Source: Tubiluchus corallicola
Lineage: Eukaryota > Animalia > Priapulida
Direction: 5' to 3'
Length of the DNA: 64,000 nt
Assembly: GCA_030141605.1 (NCBI GenBank)
Contig: JAQGDQ010000961.1
Span: forward strand, 11,777-75,776
Under the pieces are notes generated by a model. It worked only from the letters and a program-made list of their open reading frames with translations. It had not been told where the DNA came from and searched no databases. The translations under genes were made by a program, and so were the position numbers. Positions 62,401-64,000 of the stretch are shown here, piece by piece. How positions within the stretch are numbered: the stretch's first letter is position 1; each line of letters starts with the position of its first letter.

Positions 62401-63386
62401 CTTCTATAGCAGTAATATTACACATATCGGTTAATAGGTTCAATCGGTTAACTGGGTCAAAACAAGTTGGTCCCAAAGTGAGTCTATTAAGCGGCGACTA
62501 CTGTATAAGGTAATTTTTACGATTCTTTTGAATTTCTTTCTAATTACGTCCACGTTTATTCCGACAATTTGAATTCTATTCTTTGATTTTGATATTGTGT
62601 GCCTTAAAGGACAATAAAATGGCTAACCAAAGTAAGTCTCAGAAAATTCGCAATAAAAATTATATCACCTAAGTACAATCTTAAGCGAATAAAGTACTGA
62701 CGTTTTCGCATTTACTCCAATTTTTGTAAAATATTTCACCAGCTGCAGTAAACGTTGGCGCAGACATGTTTCATTTAGTCCGCCAATTGAAATGATAGCA
62801 TGTGACTGATCACGTGGTATGACATCATTCGAACACAGTCGCAGTGAGTTCTGAGCACGTGTACTATAAAGATTTGTGTTGTGGTTCTGTGACGCCATCT
62901 AATATGGCGCCGCTGTGACAGTCTCGTGGGAGTATTTAAAATGAAAACAAACACAGAAATTCCTTTAACGTGAGTATGATAAATGCTTAAGATTGCCTCT
63001 AACTGTTATAATTCTTTAGCGAAAATTTTCTGAGATTTGCTTTAACTAGGCCCTTTCTTGTCCTTTAATTAATATTGCATAACAAAAAGGAATTAGTTCT
63101 TTTTAATTTGAACTATAGCATTGAAAATAACTGCTATTTACTTCCAAATGATTGCGTGTGTCTAACAAACATGTTAATATTGATTATCTTAGGATCCAAG
63201 ACGGATGGTTTTCGTCCAAACACTTGCAAATACAATAACATACCGTTGATGGTTTTCTAAAACTTTCAGTGGCGACGTGGCAAACCTAAGATCCCACAAC
63301 TGAATCACTGGTGAGTGATCATCCTCAGACGCCAAACACATTTGTGTTGCTACATCCGGATGCCAGGCAACTGTCTTACATTTTAT
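27075..63386 (-). CDS. SEC31: Protein transport protein Sec31 (COPII outer coat), 5'-partial, 21 exons in window
   Basis: In-phase GT-AG exons: 63244-63386, 60205-60316, 57270-57425, 55669-55809, 53586-53810, 52022-52192, 49329-49512, 48500-48678, 46899-47025, 45443-45588, 44305-44475, 43254-43394, 41153-41276, 39014-39215, 36994-37073, 34560-34699, 33206-33391, 31887-31967, 31030-31152, 30594-30665, 27075-27254. WD40 repeats ([10 protein letters not shown]...QLWDLR; [17 protein letters not shown]), [22 protein letters not shown]1 helices, Pro-rich region with GWNDPP, C-terminal helical domain ending AHKLGV*. Confidence 0.97.
27418..29707 (-). mobile_element. Decayed hAT transposon (SPIN/GTF2IRD2-like transposase, frameshifted)
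   Basis: CAGGGG...CCCCTG TIRs and 8-bp TSD ACTTAGGA. ORF pieces 28756..29226 (CLIC...KEYNLKRHY), 28656..28859 (TDGAP), 27809..28276 ([14 protein letters not shown]). Confidence 0.93.
29918..30527. mobile_element. Tc1/pogo MITE family B with TIGD-like HTH remnant
   Basis: TA-CAGTGTTCCCTC...GAGGGGACACTG-TA; [15 protein letters not shown]-like remnant ~30333-30420. Confidence 0.85.
30594..30665 (-). CDS. SEC31: SEC31 exon ([24 protein letters not shown])
   Basis: manual translation. Confidence 0.94.
31030..31152 (-). CDS. SEC31: SEC31 exon (VPPAE...[12 protein letters not shown]...NP)
   Basis: manual translation. Confidence 0.93.
31325..31563. repeat. Polypurine (GA-rich) tract
   Basis: near-pure G/A run. 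Confidence 0.95.
31887..31967 (-). CDS. SEC31: SEC31 exon ([27 protein letters not shown])
   Basis: gacag| acceptor, |gtcagt donor, 81 nt, phase 0/0 (could be a skippable cassette). Confidence 0.75.
32578..32805 (+). mobile_element. Second 5S-headed element (5S part 32578-32690), truncated
   Basis: GTCTACGACCATATCACGTTGAAAACACCGG...; body matches the 5782-6260 copy apart from a ~25-nt deletion. Confidence 0.85.
32804..33160 (-). mobile_element. RTE-clade LINE fragment (C-terminal to RT domain)
   Basis: ORF 32749..33153: [22 protein letters not shown]...[12 protein letters not shown]...[10 protein letters not shown]. Confidence 0.8.
33206..33391 (-). CDS. SEC31: SEC31 Pro-rich exon (SQVYEPAVP...PKQK)
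   Basis: ORF track 33137..33400. Confidence 0.9.
34560..34699 (-). CDS. SEC31: SEC31 exon with GWNDPP motif
   Basis: manual translation; GWNDPP is part of the Sec23/Sar1-binding active fragment. Confidence 0.92.
36170..36700 (+). mobile_element. Degenerate LINE 3' fragment
   Basis: [15 protein letters not shown]-like remnant, ending in aataaa and a (TAA)n tail. Confidence 0.45.
36994..37073 (-). CDS. SEC31: SEC31 exon ([26 protein letters not shown])
   Basis: manual translation; phases 2/1 fit. Confidence 0.87.
37963..38408. mobile_element. hAT-type MITE, same family as 46082-46635
   Basis: TAGGGTTACCA...AAACCCTA ends, shared internal sequence. Confidence 0.8.
39014..39215 (-). CDS. SEC31: SEC31 Pro/Gln-rich exon (DRLSQGPG...PAPYG)
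   Basis: ORF track 39004..39222; phase fit. Confidence 0.88.
39191..39715. repeat. ~101-bp tandem repeat containing a SEC31 acceptor and exon start (5 copies incl. the real one)
   Basis: GCACCAGGTCCTTG(C/T)G at 39191, 39325, 39426, 39527, 39626. Confidence 0.95.
40530..40692. repeat. 40-bp tandem repeat x ~4
   Basis: TACCTAAGTCTACATTTGAGTTACCAAGACACATTTGAAT. Confidence 0.9.
41153..41276 (-). CDS. SEC31: SEC31 exon (VQANVSP...YSQK)
   Basis: ORF track 41088..41390; phase fit. Confidence 0.85.
41689..42082. mobile_element. Tc1/pogo MITE family B
   Basis: CAGTGTTCCCTC TIRs, TA TSD. Confidence 0.85.
43254..43394 (-). CDS. SEC31: SEC31 exon ([13 protein letters not shown]...SSYQ)
   Basis: manual translation, conserved LRDRL. 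Confidence 0.92.
44305..44475 (-). CDS. SEC31: SEC31 exon (DLMEKV...LASQG...)
   Basis: ORF track 44248..44481. Confidence 0.95.
45443..45588 (-). CDS. SEC31: SEC31 exon (DMLGTRLE...LCYICSG...LQ)
   Basis: ORF track 45380..45616. Confidence 0.95.
46082..46635. mobile_element. hAT-type MITE (TAGGGTTACCAT TIRs)
   Basis: TIRs; TSD CCTATACA/CCTATACG; inverted homologue at 37963-38408. Confidence 0.85.
46739..46813 (-). ncRNA. Intronic box C/D snoRNA with 18S rRNA guide
   Basis: GTGCA-ATGATGA(C)-...CCGGACATCTAAAT-CTGA(D')-TATTTA-ATGATGT(C')-...-CTGA(D)-TGCAC. Perfect 5-bp terminal stem; sense to host SEC31; 12-nt complement to the conserved 18S segment TTAGATGTCCGG. Confidence 0.85.
46899..47025 (-). 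CDS. SEC31: SEC31 exon (MISSIV...WKEALA...LC)
   Basis: ORF track 46822..47025. Confidence 0.95.
47170..48253. mobile_element. Older copy of the same Tigger-like MITE family (interrupted by an RTE fragment)
   Basis: CAGTAGGTGCC...GTGCCACCTA ends; further remnants at ~34823-35340 and ~36760-36915. Confidence 0.7.
47797..48120 (-). mobile_element. RTE LINE 3' end of the same family, nested in a Tigger-like MITE
   Basis: High similarity to 32804-33000; ends in a (GAT)n tail (plus strand catcatcatcc). Confidence 0.75.
48500..48678 (-). CDS. SEC31: SEC31 exon ([19 protein letters not shown]...)
   Basis: ORF track 48446..48697. Confidence 0.95.
49329..49512 (-). CDS. SEC31: SEC31 exon (GLVDG...AFDSIAA...IPVKE)
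   Basis: ORF track 49165..49467; phases 0/1 fit neighbours. Confidence 0.9.
50032..50692. mobile_element. Tc1/pogo MITE family B
   Basis: CAGTGTTCTCTC...GAGGGAACACT; partial further copy ~39927-40040. Confidence 0.85.
52022..52192 (-). CDS. SEC31: SEC31 exon ([17 protein letters not shown]...)
   Basis: ORF track 51992..52192. Confidence 0.93.
52215..53360. repeat. ~68-bp minisatellite x ~16
   Basis: AAGATGAACAATTTTTATGTCAACAAAAAAGCTCAGAGCTAAACGTATTTAATGTGTATTGACTTA(C/T)T. Confidence 0.95.
53361..53585. repeat. 49-bp tandem repeat x ~4.5 beginning at a splice donor
   Basis: TGTTGCTAACAGGCAGAACAATGTTACAATAAACAAAGAAACAACTCAT. Confidence 0.92.
53586..53810 (-). CDS. SEC31: SEC31 exon (FGGKLVSF...WRFLK)
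   Basis: ORF track 53484..53795. Confidence 0.94.
53853..54453. repeat. ~33-bp minisatellite
   Basis: AGTCACATAATGAGTGATAGTTACATAATGGAT. Confidence 0.95.
55020..55433. mobile_element. hAT-type MITE
   Basis: CAGGGGTGTAT...ATATACCCCTG TIRs, perfect TSD AGTACAAT. Confidence 0.85.
55669..55809 (-). CDS. SEC31: SEC31 exon (IADSF...[14 protein letters not shown])
   Basis: ORF track 55570..55851. Confidence 0.94.
56302..57066. repeat. Compound microsatellite (AAT)n/(AATAGT)n/(AATAGC)n
   Basis: direct reading; explains the poly-L and YC ORFs. Confidence 0.97.
57270..57425 (-). CDS. SEC31: SEC31 exon ([22 protein letters not shown]...)
   Basis: ORF track 57249..57458. Confidence 0.95.
57723..59954. 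repeat. 72-bp minisatellite x ~31
   Basis: CTGTACCACTGTACACACGCATGTGACTGTGCACTGAGTGGTAATGGTGCAGTTCAGRAYGAAGAGCACAWG; 24-aa periodicity in the ORF track. Confidence 0.97.
60114..60194. repeat. (CTAAT)n microsatellite next to a donor site
   Basis: direct reading. Confidence 0.95.
60205..60316 (-). CDS. SEC31: SEC31 exon, WD40 ([12 protein letters not shown]...QGGE)
   Basis: manual translation, splice sites. Confidence 0.95.
61289..62503 (+). mobile_element. pogo/Tigger-like element with transposase remnant
   Basis: TA-flanked CAGTAG..CTACTG TIRs; from 61828 [19 protein letters not shown]...[11 protein letters not shown] and FVATDGWF (CENP-B-type HTH). Confidence 0.88.
62608..63064. mobile_element. 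Kolobok-like MITE
   Basis: TTAA TSD with AGGACAA...TTGTCCT TIRs; the same end occurs at 12737. Confidence 0.75.
63244..63386 (-). CDS. SEC31: SEC31 exon, WD40 ([12 protein letters not shown]...ENHQR)
   Basis: manual translation, splice sites. Confidence 0.95.
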
Positions 63387-63480
63387 CTACCCAGAAAACA
63401 CACAGGAAATTGTAGGAACAATTTTGAAATTGCCGCCAAGTCTACTTCTATACAACACAGCAGTTCAGACAGTGTTTGGA

Positions 63481-64000
63481 ACATCTACTTTTTTCTCATC
63501 TATCTTAAATCTACATCTACTTTTTTCTTATCTATCTTAATCTACATCTACTTTTTTCTCATCTATCTTAAATCTACATCTACTTTTTTCTCATCTATCT
63601 TAAATCTACATCTACTTTTTTCTCATCTATCTTAAATCTACATCTACTTTTTTCTTATCTATCTTAAATCTACATCTACTTTTTTCTCATCTATCTTAAA
63701 TCTACATCTACTTTTTTCTCATCTATCTTAAATCTACATCTACTTTTTTCTCATCTATCTTAAATCTACATCTACTTTTTTCTCATCTATCTTAAATCTA
63801 CATCTACTTTTTTCTCATCTATCTTAAATCTACATCTACTTTTTTCTCATCTATCTTAAATCTACATCTACTTTTTTCTTATCTATCTTAAATCTACATC
63901 TACTTTTTTCTCATCTATCTTAAATCTACATCTACTTTTTTCTCATCTATCTTAAATCTACATCTACTTTTTTCTCATCTATCTTAAATCTACATCTACT
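63481..64000. repeat. 32-bp minisatellite running off the window
   Basis: TCTACATCTACTTTTTTCTCATCTATCTTAAA. Confidence 0.95.

Overview
AT-rich, intron- and repeat-rich animal (probably invertebrate) genomic DNA with two minus-strand spliced genes. One is a complete 9-exon S-adenosylmethionine synthetase (MAT/SAMS; CDS 21304->3946, 403 aa). The other is the 3' 21 exons of the COPII coat gene SEC31 (63386->27075; its 5' exons lie beyond the window). Introns hold many DNA-transposon MITEs (hAT, Tc1/pogo, Kolobok-like, PIF-like), a decayed SPIN/GTF2IRD2-type hAT, LINE fragments (RTE, CR1), two 5S-rRNA-headed retroelements and many mini/microsatellites. Non-obvious items read from the sequence: (1) a canonical box C/D snoRNA in a SEC31 intron with a 12-nt guide to 18S rRNA; (2) a Penelope-type minimal hammerhead core between the two genes; (3) a tRNA-like cloverleaf with a shrunken anticodon arm in a MAT intron; (4) candidate RNA-level control elements on MAT, namely a structured putative poison exon in intron 3, loss of the invertebrate METTL16 3' splice-site motif with near-matches at other acceptors, and uORFs. 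The regulatory interpretations are hypotheses. No database search or folding program was run.
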